Shown here: positions 21,889 to 31,089 of the stretch, piece after piece
Numbering within the stretch: the stretch's first letter is position 1
Layout of the letters: each line of letters begins with the position of its first letter
The notes under the pieces: generated by a model
The model's database searches: none
Told to the model about the DNA's origin: nothing
What the model saw: only the letters and a program-made list of their open reading frames with translations
Assembly: GCA_044869275.1 (NCBI GenBank)
Contig: JBIOXB010000223.1
Span: forward strand, 1-64,000
DNA: 64,000 nt
Reading direction: 5' to 3'
From: a bacterium
GTDB taxonomy: Bacteria; Zhuqueibacterota; Zhuqueibacteria; Zhuqueibacterales; Zhuqueibacteraceae
Program-made: the position numbers and the translations under genes

Positions 21889-22680
21889 TTACGCCTTGCG
21901 CGAAGACTCCGGCTTCGTATGCGTGACAGTGCGAGCATGCCGCAGGTTTTCGAGATGGGTCTCGCGATAAAACCGCGATAAGCCGTGTAACGATTGATGC
22001 GCTGAACCTGAAAGCAAGTTTTGCAAATAGTCAATATTGTACTGAAGAATCTCCCGCCCGCCAATTGGGCCGTGCGAAGGAATCACCGTTTGTACGCGCG
22101 CCTCATCTGTCCATCGTTGCAATCCCGCGAGCCATTTCTTTATAGGACTATCAGAGTTCACCACCGGCAGCGGCGTCTCCACCGTATCGCCTGCCAGCAG
22201 AACTCCCCATTCCGGAATGAACCCCACCAGACAATCCAATGTGTGCCCGGGGAGATGATGCAATTCCAGTGTGAGGCCTCCCAATTCAAGCGCCAGATAT
22301 TCTTGCACCATGTGCGCGGGTGGAAGCAATTCAACTTCATCCCACACACCTGGTTCTGCAATCTGTTTTGCACGCAGCGTTTGCGGCACCTCTATTTCAA
22401 AGCGTTGGCGGCAATGGAAGTGGCCGACGACAATTTCCCGCTCCGCCAGTCCTGCCGTACCCCAGCAATGATCCCAATCTGCATGCGTATAAACGACGGC
22501 GTGCCAGCGCCCTGATACCAACGGAGCCACAATAGCCATATCGCGCGGATGCGAAAGCGTATCCCACACCACCGCGCGTTCTGCGCCGATGAGAACCGCG
22601 CCACGCACGTCGAATTGATCCAATTGCAATTCGGTTAGCCACAGGCCTGTGCGAAGAGCGACTAAATTGGTCACGGCCAT
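21889..22680 (-). CDS. MBL-fold metallo-hydrolase
   Basis: THADWDH, PGHTLD, AGD, PSHG. Confidence 0.85.
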   Translation of the reverse strand: MAVTNLVALRTGLWLTELQLDQFDVRGAVLIGAERAVVWDTLSHPRDMAIVAPLVSGRWHAVVYTHADWDHCWGTAGLAEREIVVGHFHCRQRFEIEVPQTLRAKQIAEPGVWDEVELLPPAHMVQEYLALELGGLTLELHHLPGHTLDCLVGFIPEWGVLLAGDTVETPLPVVNSDSPIKKWLAGLQRWTDEARVQTVIPSHGPIGGREILQYNIDYLQNLLSGSAHQSLHGLSRFYRETHLENLRHARTVTHTKPESSRKA

Positions 22681-22686
22681 TCACTT

Positions 22687-23166
22687 TCATTGCGGCAAGT
22701 CGAGCGCCGGTTTTGTTTGCCCACGATGGCAGGTCGTGCAATTCACCACCGGGTTTTCACTCTTTAGATTTTTGATCTTTTTCAAGAAATCATTGTTGAT
22801 GGTCTGCATCATGGCTGCCATCTCGCGCGCGATCTGCTTGGTTGGTTTTTCATCTTTTTGCCATTCACCCACGACATGGCAGTGGCGGCAATCGACTCCG
22901 AGCGAGCGGCTGTATGCAATTTCCATCACGCGCAACAATCTTGCAGCCGGCATGCCTTTGAGCCATTGAATGTTTTGAAAGACTTGTTCGGCGGGTTGAT
23001 TCTCCTTGCCCGCAATTTTTTTGCGCAGTGCCGTGAGCTGCTGTTCCTGGTCAAAGGCAAGAGTGTCTTGTTGCACTGTCGTTGGTGTGACGTGGTGTTG
23101 CGCTGCGGCAGGCGTGCCAAGATAGAACCACGCCGAAAAGAAGCAAAAAGCGATCGTTGCTTTCAT
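22687..23166 (-). CDS. periplasmic diheme c-type cytochrome (reaction-centre cytochrome c subunit-like family)
   Basis: Signal peptide, FQNIQWL, SLGVDCRHCH, AREM, VNCTTCHRG. Confidence 0.85.
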   Translation of the reverse strand: MKATIAFCFFSAWFYLGTPAAAQHHVTPTTVQQDTLAFDQEQQLTALRKKIAGKENQPAEQVFQNIQWLKGMPAARLLRVMEIAYSRSLGVDCRHCHVVGEWQKDEKPTKQIAREMAAMMQTINNDFLKKIKNLKSENPVVNCTTCHRGQTKPALDLPQ

Positions 23167-23372
23167 CTTTCTGTCTTCAAGAATCTATCGCCGACGAAAG
23201 TGGAACTCCCACGGAAATGAAAAGCTTTTTTTTCGTGGCAGTTCCATTTCCATGGAAGAAAGTATTTTCTTTTTTTACAGCGAGTGCCCTTGTAACTGAC
23301 TAACGCCTTCGGGGGAACATTGCATTGCACAGAGATGGACTTGACGCTGTAGTACCCTATGGACCTTCTCTC

Positions 23373-24644
23373 CTATTCCATCAAATCCATGCAAAGAATC
23401 TCTTTGGTATTGCGCAAGAAAAGCTTGCCGCCTGCCAGCGCCGGCACGGTGAGGCATCGCCCCTCCATGATTTGCACGCCAGCCTTTTCGCGGTAGGCTT
23501 CGGGCGTGGCTTCCACCAGCGCCAGCCTGCCTTTGTCGCCGAGAACAATCAAGTGCCCGTCGGCGAGTAGGAGGGAGCCATGCCCAAAACCGCGTTGTTT
23601 CCACTTTTCCTCGCCGCTGCCAAAGGCAATGCATTTGAGTGTGCCTTTGTCGAACCCGTACAAGTAATCGCCCAGGCGCATCGAGGTGGAGAAGACGTTC
23701 TGTATATCCTTGCGCTTCCAGATTTCTTCGATGGCAATGGTGCTGCCCGCTGTTTTCAATTGCAATAACGCGGCTCCGACTTCGTAGCCCGAGGAGATAA
23801 AAAGACGATCGGGAGGAATGAACAACGGCGTGGCAGCATTGACATTGTAACTGGTTTTCCAGGGCAGCCGCCAATAAACACGTCCATCTTTGGGGGCCAG
23901 CGAGACCACTCCCTCTCCCGAGAAAAAGACGATTTGGCGAATGCCATTCACCGTGATGGCGACCGGAGAAGAAAAGGCCGCGCTGTCCGATTCGGCTTGC
24001 CACTTCGTTTGGCCGTTCTTTTTGTCAAAGGCGATAAAGGCGTGTCCTGGTCCACCGGCTTCGACCAGGAGCAGCTCGTTTTCAATCAACGGGGAGGTGC
24101 CGTATCCGCCGCCGCCGGTATCAGATGGCCCCGGGCTCTTGAACTCGATCATCAAATCGCGCCGCCAAATCTTATGGCCGTCTTCGGCGGCCAGTGCATG
24201 TAATTTGCCTCTGCCACCCAGCGCATAAACGAGGTTTTCGTGAATCGTGGGCGTAGAGCGCGGGCCATTGCCGTTGGGATCTTTATAGGTCGAGTCCGAG
24301 CGCACGCGCCAGATTTCCTTGCCGCTAGCGGCATCAAGGCAAACGATGAATTCCTCTTCGCCTTCGGAAAAAAGAGTGAAAAGCCGCCCTTGCGCAATGG
24401 AAACGCCGGCGTACCCTTCGCCCAGCGGTTTGCGCCAAACGAGCTTCGGTCCGCTTTGCGGCCAGCTCTTGCGCAAGCCGGTGACCGTCGAGATGCCGTC
24501 GCGGTTCGGCCCCAGCCATTGCGGCCATTCGTCTTTTAAGGTCTTCTTCGGCGGAGTAGCGGAAAGGATTACGTTGGCAAAAATCAAAAGGCCAAGCATT
24601 GGGGCGAGGATACAAACACCATGGCGCGAACAAAGACGGGGCAT
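23373..24644 (-). CDS. PQQ-binding-like beta-propeller protein
   Basis: WPQWLGPNRDG, repeated CLDAASGKEIW-type blades, LFLRN C-terminus. Confidence 0.88.
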   Translation of the reverse strand: MPRLCSRHGVCILAPMLGLLIFANVILSATPPKKTLKDEWPQWLGPNRDGISTVTGLRKSWPQSGPKLVWRKPLGEGYAGVSIAQGRLFTLFSEGEEEFIVCLDAASGKEIWRVRSDSTYKDPNGNGPRSTPTIHENLVYALGGRGKLHALAAEDGHKIWRRDLMIEFKSPGPSDTGGGGYGTSPLIENELLLVEAGGPGHAFIAFDKKNGQTKWQAESDSAAFSSPVAITVNGIRQIVFFSGEGVVSLAPKDGRVYWRLPWKTSYNVNAATPLFIPPDRLFISSGYEVGAALLQLKTAGSTIAIEEIWKRKDIQNVFSTSMRLGDYLYGFDKGTLKCIAFGSGEEKWKQRGFGHGSLLLADGHLIVLGDKGRLALVEATPEAYREKAGVQIMEGRCLTVPALAGGKLFLRNTKEILCMDLME

Positions 24645-24840
24645 GGCTCATTCTCCTTGATGCAAAATTCGGGTGGAATCACACAGCGGATTGCGCGAAT
24701 GTGCTTGATCTGCGTCTTGCTAATCTTTCATCCACAGACGGCTTCCCCGCCCGCTGAAGCAAAAAGAAACGCGAGGCAGCCAGCATCATCAGCGCGGGAA
24801 ACATGCCAGGTTACGAGCCCGCCAGAATTTCGGCCACGGG

Positions 24841-26529
24841 TCAATTCGCCTGCGCCAGGCCGGCCAGTTCCGTATCCGCACGGTGCAGCATTTTTCGCAG
24901 TGAGGCTTGCGTTTCCTGCGCCCGGGCGAGATCTCCGGCTTGCGTCGCCGCTTTTTTCAAACCCAGCAGAGCCCGTAAGCGATTGGGCGCGCGCTTCAAT
25001 GCCAGCTCGAATTCTGCCTGTGCTTCTTTGGGGCGATTGCGCTCGAGCAGCATCTCACCGCGCAATTCGCGGGTGGGTTTCACGACGACGGGCGGGCCGA
25101 ATTCGAAAGTCATGCGATCTTCCGCAACTGCCGCTTGTTGCAGCAATTGCAGCGCCTCTTCACTTTTACCCTGATTCATTTGAATGAGAGCTTTCAGCTC
25201 CAACGCCATGAGATCAACGGCCTGGAGAGCCGACGAATAAGGCGCCTCGCTGCCGACGGCATGGCACTGCATGGTCTCAGCAGCGCCCGCGGATGCGCTC
25301 TTGGCAGCAATTACGGGATGCAGCGCTTCAATTTCCTGCAAAATTTTTTCTGCTTTCGCCGGCTCGCCGGTCTTCACCGCGCACATGCCGCGCACGAACA
25401 AATCTCCCGCCATGGCATCTTTTTCAAGGCCGGTGATGTCGACCTTCATCCGCGCGGCTTCGGAATTCCAGGATTGTGTGTCGATGAGGTAGGCCGCGCG
25501 CATGGCAGCGAGATGAAAGCGGATCCTGCGCGCCTCGCTGTTCTTCGCGTCCTCCGCCGTGTTTTCGAGCAGGGCCTTCGCCTCGCGGAAGCGGCCTTGT
25601 TGCAAGTAAGCGTACGCCCGCCACAGCAGAGAATGATAACCGCGTTCTGCCAGCGGCAGGTTTCTGCGCTGTTGCCGCGCCAGAGAAGCGGCCCAGGATT
25701 CTTCATTGGAGGCCGCGGCTTCGTCCCACATGCCCAGCGCGAAGAAAATGTGCGAAGGCATATGCAAAGCATGCGCAGCCGCCGGCGCGATTTTCGCGTA
25801 GACTTGCGCCTTCGGCAATCCTAACGGCGCGTGGATGGGATCGTCGTAAGAATGAATCAAATAGTGCGCCGCGCCGGGATGATGGGGATTTTTCTGAAAA
25901 ACGTTTTCGGCGAGGGCCGCAGCTTGCATGTAAGTGGCAAAGTCGCGGCCGTTGTGGCAGGTGCCGAGCAAGGACAATGCATGAAACGCAGCCGCCTCCA
26001 GGTCTTCTGGAAATTGTTCGGACAAGTGGCGCATGGCCCCGGCATATGCCAAATCGCGCGCCTTCTTGTCGCCACCATCGCCGTAGAGAATTTCCACGGC
26101 ATTCAGGTAATCTTTTTCCCGCTGCGTGGGTGCTTTCGCGGCGCGGGCCTCGCGTGTGGGCGCAAGGCGGTCGAGCACGGCCTTGCCCTTTTCGACGTCC
26201 ACTTGCATCCAGATCGGATGGTTGTGCGTCATGGCCTCGCCCCAGTACGCCATCGCAAAACCCGGATCGACTTTTTGCGCCTCGCGAAATTCCTCCGCGG
26301 CATCGTCGTATTCGAAACTGTGCAGCAGTAAAACGCCCTTGATGAAAGCCTTCTGTGCTTGCGGCGCGCCGGAAGTGGGGAAATCGATCTGGCCCAAATC
26401 CGAATTTTGCGCGAACGCGTAGGCCGGCGCCAGCAGCGCAAAAAATAGGCGCAGAATTTGTTGCCTGAATACGAGAGGTTTCATCTTAATCTCCGCAGAG
26501 TGCATGGGCGGTATTTTTGTGCCTGTCAT
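24841..26529 (-). CDS. secreted TPR-like helical protein
   Basis: GQIDFPTS..AQ..F..GV, HPGAAHYLIH, HALHMPSHIF; start may be 26484. Confidence 0.8.
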   Translation of the reverse strand: MTGTKIPPMHSAEIKMKPLVFRQQILRLFFALLAPAYAFAQNSDLGQIDFPTSGAPQAQKAFIKGVLLLHSFEYDDAAEEFREAQKVDPGFAMAYWGEAMTHNHPIWMQVDVEKGKAVLDRLAPTREARAAKAPTQREKDYLNAVEILYGDGGDKKARDLAYAGAMRHLSEQFPEDLEAAAFHALSLLGTCHNGRDFATYMQAAALAENVFQKNPHHPGAAHYLIHSYDDPIHAPLGLPKAQVYAKIAPAAAHALHMPSHIFFALGMWDEAAASNEESWAASLARQQRRNLPLAERGYHSLLWRAYAYLQQGRFREAKALLENTAEDAKNSEARRIRFHLAAMRAAYLIDTQSWNSEAARMKVDITGLEKDAMAGDLFVRGMCAVKTGEPAKAEKILQEIEALHPVIAAKSASAGAAETMQCHAVGSEAPYSSALQAVDLMALELKALIQMNQGKSEEALQLLQQAAVAEDRMTFEFGPPVVVKPTRELRGEMLLERNRPKEAQAEFELALKRAPNRLRALLGLKKAATQAGDLARAQETQASLRKMLHRADTELAGLAQAN

Positions 26530-26530
26530 T

Positions 26531-26638
26531 TAGCTTGATAATGTTAAGTTAAATTCGCGCCCTCTCAATTTGTCATCCCGAAGCTTCGGGATGACAAAAA
26601 CTAGGAGCTTTTTTAGCCAACTTAACATTGTCAAGTTA
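26531..26638. repeat. MITE-like/REP element with 20-bp imperfect terminal inverted repeats
   Basis: TAGCTTGATAATGTTAAGTT / AACTTAACATTGTCAAGTTA around the palindrome TTGTCATCCCGAAGCTTCGGGATGACAA. Confidence 0.65.
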
Positions 26639-26680
26639 GATGATTCTTGTGAAAATTTGCTTCAGGTGGAAATGTGGCAA

Positions 26681-28027
26681 TCAAGTATATCTCGCATTGC
26701 GATATTGCGGCGCGTAAAATTGATGCAGCAACAAATCAATGCGCAACAAGCCTTTTTGCGTCAGCACCACTTCATTGCGATTGCGGGTGAGCATGCCGTC
26801 CTTCTGCAATGCGGCGAAAGTGGCGCCAAAGGTACTGGCGATATCCGCGTCGAATTTCTCGCGGAAGTAATCCGAATTGATCCTGCCCGTTTTTAATTGC
26901 AGAATCATTTCGCGCGTCAATCGCTCTTGTGCCGAGGTCTTGAAGGCGCGCGTCAACGGCAATTTGTTTTCTCGCAGCAGGCCGAGATACTCGTTCCAGC
27001 CGGGGGCATTCTGGAAATGCACGCCGCTGCCATGCGAGAAAGAGGCGACGCCGGTGCCCAGCATATCGCAGCCGCGCCACACCGCATCGCGATACACAAA
27101 TTGGCAGTGCTTGTGCTTTTTCACCATCGTATAGGCGCTGGAAACCTCATATCCCGCTTTCGCCAGTTCATCAAAAGCGTGCGCGTTCCAGTCTCGCTTC
27201 AAATCCCAATCCGCGACCTGAATCCCGTTGTGTCCCTGCAAATATTCCTGCGAATACACCGTGTTGAACGGCAATTCCATTTGATAAATGGTCACGCTGT
27301 CGGGATCGAGATCGATGGTTTTCTGCACGGTGTCGCGCCAGCTTTCCCAGGTTTCGCCCACCATGCCCGCGATCAAATCGATATTCAATTGCTCGAAAGC
27401 CAGGGCGCGAATCCACGGCAGGCAGCGGAAAATTTCCTCGGATTGGTGCGCGCGGCCGTTTTCCTGCAGTATAAAATCATTGAAGTTTTCAATGCCGAGG
27501 CTGAGGCGCGTGACGCCGATTTCGCGAATGGCCTCGAGTTTGGTCTCGCTCAGCGTCCCCGGTTCGCATTCGAAGGTGATTTCATCCGCTCCCGCCCAGG
27601 GCACCGCCGCTTGCAAGCGCGCGACGAGAGCAAGCAAATGCTTCGCGCTGATATAAGAAGGCGTGCCGCCGCCGAAATAAACAAATTTCAACGGGCGATT
27701 TCGCACCAGCGGCATGCGGCTGTACAATTCCACTTCCTGCGCCAAGGCATTCAAATACGTTTGAATTTCCTGGCTGTTCTTGTCGGTATAGACCCGAAAG
27801 TAACAAAACTTGCAGCGCTTGCGGCAAAAGGGGATGTGCAAATAAAGTCCCAGCTCCGTGGCGGGCCGGGGGGGCGAGTTTAGCGCTGAAAATGCCGCAT
27901 CCAGCTGATTGGCATTCCAAAATGAATACGGCGGATAGTTCGAAACGAAAACGCTGCCGATTTCGGTCTCTTTGACGGCATGTTGCGAAGTGGCGGGGTC
28001 GGGAAGAATGGTTGAGCTGTTACTCAT
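26681..28027 (-). CDS. HemN-like radical SAM protein
   Basis: YLHIPFCRKRCKFCYF, YFGGGTPS, RLSLGIE, NIDLI; N-terminal FVSNYPP. Confidence 0.88.
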   Translation of the reverse strand: MSNSSTILPDPATSQHAVKETEIGSVFVSNYPPYSFWNANQLDAAFSALNSPPRPATELGLYLHIPFCRKRCKFCYFRVYTDKNSQEIQTYLNALAQEVELYSRMPLVRNRPLKFVYFGGGTPSYISAKHLLALVARLQAAVPWAGADEITFECEPGTLSETKLEAIREIGVTRLSLGIENFNDFILQENGRAHQSEEIFRCLPWIRALAFEQLNIDLIAGMVGETWESWRDTVQKTIDLDPDSVTIYQMELPFNTVYSQEYLQGHNGIQVADWDLKRDWNAHAFDELAKAGYEVSSAYTMVKKHKHCQFVYRDAVWRGCDMLGTGVASFSHGSGVHFQNAPGWNEYLGLLRENKLPLTRAFKTSAQERLTREMILQLKTGRINSDYFREKFDADIASTFGATFAALQKDGMLTRNRNEVVLTQKGLLRIDLLLHQFYAPQYRNARYT

Positions 28028-28149
28028 GGTTCGATTCGTCGTTCAATATTTCGGTATGAAAGCTCTTTCAATTTTTTCCTACGCATTACGCCTTACGAGT
28101 TACGAAATGCGGGAGGCGTAATACGTAAAGGTAAAACTAAAACGTAATC

Positions 28150-29307
28150 TCACTTTTCACCAAAACAATAAATCACTCCATCGAGAGAACCGATCACCAG
28201 TTTTTCGCCGGCGACGGCGGGCGAAGCGACAAACGCAGAGCCGGACTCGAAGCGCCACAGGACCTCCCCCGATCTTGTGTCGAAAGCCAGCAATTCTCCA
28301 TTCATCGTCGCGGCAAAAACGCGGCCGCCGGCGAGCACGGGGGAAGAATCAATTTTTGTTTTCGCGGCATAACTCCAGAGCACGCGACCGGTTTGCGGAT
28401 GCAGAGCGTAGACCATTTTGTCGCGGCCGGCGACCACGACAAGATCTTGATTCACGGCCGCCGAGGCAAAAAACGGAAAATCGCGCTGCGGCGGATCGTA
28501 TTCCCAGATGAGCTCGCCCGTACCGGCGTTCAAACACAGCACCTTGTTGCCAAAAGTGCCCACATAAGCCCGATTCTCCGCAACCGCCATGCTGGCCGCG
28601 ACATATGCCCCGGCGGAAATTTTTTTGATTTCTGCGCCATCGCGAATGCGCACGAGACGAATCAAACCATCGCATCCGGCAATGAGAACGTTCTCATCCA
28701 CAATTGCGGGCGTGGCATGCAGATAGCCATCGGTCTCAAGCTTCCACAATAAGGTGCCGTCGTTGCGGTTCAAACAATACAAAAAGTGATCATACGAGCC
28801 AAATACGACGCGATCCTGAAAGAAATTGGCGGAAGAGATCACGCCGGCATCAGTTTGGAATTGCCATTTTTGTTTTCCCGTCGTCGCCTCAACCGCATGA
28901 AAGGTACCGGATTCATCGCCGAAATAAACCACACTTTCTGTAATCGCGGGCGAAGCTTTGCTTTCTTCCGCCCCGCGATACTTCCATTTTATTCGGCCGG
29001 AATGCAAGTCAATGGCATAGAGATGGCTGTCGAGTGAGGTGGCGAATACTGTTTCCTGCCAAATGACCGGCGAGCCTTCGATATCTTTTCCGGCTTCAAA
29101 CGTCCAAAGCAGCTCCGGGTTTTGCGGCAGCGCGCTCTGGCTCACGGCGGTGAGCTGCGCATTGCCGCGAAAGATCGGCCAATTTGAGTAAACGCCGTTT
29201 GCAGAAGTGGCGCTGCGCGTTTGGCTGTGCAGATCCGTGCTCGAAAGCATGACGCCAACAGAAAAGAACAAACCTGCGGCGGTGACAAGTTTTTTCGTAT
29301 GAGGCAT
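28150..29307 (-). CDS. PQQ-binding-like (BamB-like) beta-propeller protein
   Basis: WPIFRGN, about eight blades of type SSP..GS.D..LY....G...W. Confidence 0.88.
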   Translation of the reverse strand: MPHTKKLVTAAGLFFSVGVMLSSTDLHSQTRSATSANGVYSNWPIFRGNAQLTAVSQSALPQNPELLWTFEAGKDIEGSPVIWQETVFATSLDSHLYAIDLHSGRIKWKYRGAEESKASPAITESVVYFGDESGTFHAVEATTGKQKWQFQTDAGVISSANFFQDRVVFGSYDHFLYCLNRNDGTLLWKLETDGYLHATPAIVDENVLIAGCDGLIRLVRIRDGAEIKKISAGAYVAASMAVAENRAYVGTFGNKVLCLNAGTGELIWEYDPPQRDFPFFASAAVNQDLVVVAGRDKMVYALHPQTGRVLWSYAAKTKIDSSPVLAGGRVFAATMNGELLAFDTRSGEVLWRFESGSAFVASPAVAGEKLVIGSLDGVIYCFGEK

Positions 29308-29671
29308 AGCAGATCTAATTGCTGCTCATCTCCGGAAAAGAGCGAACCTGGATATTGGCGTGTTCAGGCTCGATATGAATGCAGTGAATACGCGTGCCGT
29401 CCCAGCGCCACCCGTGCTCTGCCATGGCGGCGTGGCGTGGCACAATCAAAATTACGCCGGGTTTCTGCCGAAGATTAGCCACCAAGCTTTTGGTCGAAAG
29501 CAACGCCAGGCGCAACCGCACGACCAGCCACGAGGCCGCGAGAAAAAGCACGCTTTTCTGCTTCATGATGATTTCTCCTTGCCGCTGGCCGCAAATTAAA
29601 ACAAATCTCTGCCGAACGCAAGCAGCAAACTTCGCGACGCCAAGCTCCATGCGCAGATTGGGAATCGCATA

Positions 29672-29700
29672 TTGCATTGGGTTGCGTTACTGATTATATT
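29672..29700 (+). promoter_or_regulatory. sigma70-type promoter
   Basis: TTGCAT-N17-TATATT upstream of the Fpg/Nei gene. Confidence 0.5.
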
Positions 29701-29786
29701 GCGCTGTTTGCTGGTTGAAATTGCCGGCACGTTACACGTGCAAGGTGTAACGTGTAAAGTGTAACGTGTAAGGCTCTTTACGTGCG

Positions 29787-30644
29787 ATGCCCGAACTACC
29801 GGATTTGGTTTATCTTGAAAAAAAATTGCAACAGCATCTTTCCGGCCAGACGATCGCCGCGGTGGAGGTGCGCGAGCCGGTCATCATGCGCATGCTCCGG
29901 CCGGGCCTGTTCGCTGAAGAATTGTCGGGCACCATCGTTTCGGGCGTGCGGCGTCATGGGCCTTTTTTGGTTTTCAATCTATCAGAAGAGAAGGAATTGA
30001 TCATTCATCCCATGCTCGCCGGGCGCCTGCACTGGACACCACGGGAAGAAACGAAAGCTCCTCCTGCTTGCGCGCTGTCACTCGTATGCGAGCCCGCGCA
30101 GCAATTCTTGCATTATTCCGATGACAAGAAAATGGGCAAGGTTTATCTGACCACATCCCAGGGCCACGATCAAATTCCGCGTTTCCAGGAGCAAGGCCCG
30201 GACCTGCTCACCCCGGCGTTCACCTTGGGCTATTTCAAAGAGCGCGTCAAGAAATCGCGCAAGCAAGTGCGCGTGCTGATCATGGATCAAGCGGCCGTGA
30301 GCTGCATCGGCAATGCTTACGCCGATGAGATTCTGTTTGTTGCCGGTCTGCATCCGAAAACCTTTTGTTATCAATTAAAAGACGAGCATATAGAAAGATT
30401 GTTCAACGCTATTGGCGAGGTGATGCGCTGGGGGATTGCCGCAGTCGAGAACGCGCAGCGGCCGATGGAGGTGAAAGTGCGCGACCACCTGCGCGTGCGC
30501 AACCGCAAAGACCAGCCCTGCCCGCGCTGTGGCGCGAAAATCCGCCGCGCCGGCGTGCTGGGATTCGATGCTTTCTTTTGCCCCCATTGCCAGCCGCTGC
30601 AACGCGGCCAGTTTATCGATTGGAGAAACCTGCCCGGGAGTTGA
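29787..30644 (+). CDS. Fpg/Nei family DNA glycosylase
   Basis: N-terminal PELPD, H2TH IGNAYADEILF..LHP, zinc finger CPRC..CPHCQ. Confidence 0.92.
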   Translation: MPELPDLVYLEKKLQQHLSGQTIAAVEVREPVIMRMLRPGLFAEELSGTIVSGVRRHGPFLVFNLSEEKELIIHPMLAGRLHWTPREETKAPPACALSLVCEPAQQFLHYSDDKKMGKVYLTTSQGHDQIPRFQEQGPDLLTPAFTLGYFKERVKKSRKQVRVLIMDQAAVSCIGNAYADEILFVAGLHPKTFCYQLKDEHIERLFNAIGEVMRWGIAAVENAQRPMEVKVRDHLRVRNRKDQPCPRCGAKIRRAGVLGFDAFFCPHCQPLQRGQFIDWRNLPGS

Positions 30645-30690
30645 TACCTAGAATAAGATATGCCAAGCAGATGAAAAGCCGGAGGCAACG

Positions 30691-31059
30691 ATGCCCAAAC
30701 AAGTAGACTTTCAAGCTCTCTTCACCAGACTGCAAAAGATTCTGCAGCGTTTCGAGAAAAAGCTTACGGTGAAACACAAAAATGCCGGGAATTATTATTT
30801 GGATGCAGGATTTTCTGAAAAATTCAAAAGAGAAATCTTCTTTGGAGCTGTGCAGATCAAGAAAAACTACGGCAGTTTTTATTTGATGCCCGTTTATATG
30901 TTCCCGGACTTATTGCAAGGGATGTCTGCCGGTCTCAAAAAACGCATGCAGGGAAAATCGTGTTTTAATTTTACTGCGGTCGACCACGAGCTTTTTTCCG
31001 AGCTGGCACTGCTCACGCAAAAAGGCTTTGAGAGATTCCGCCACGAGAAGCTGCTTTGA
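30691..31059 (+). CDS. conserved hypothetical protein (DUF1801-like)
   Basis: GGAGG RBS; FGAVQIKKNY.SFYLMPVY..LKKRMQGKSCFNF. Confidence 0.7.
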   Translation: MPKQVDFQALFTRLQKILQRFEKKLTVKHKNAGNYYLDAGFSEKFKREIFFGAVQIKKNYGSFYLMPVYMFPDLLQGMSAGLKKRMQGKSCFNFTAVDHELFSELALLTQKGFERFRHEKLL

Positions 31060-31089
31060 ACGCTGACGTGGAAACGAAGGAGAGAATGG

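Noticed and set aside
29315..29677. 120-aa minus-strand ORF upstream of the propeller gene
   Set aside because: No recognisable domain; overlaps a promoter region; may be a remnant
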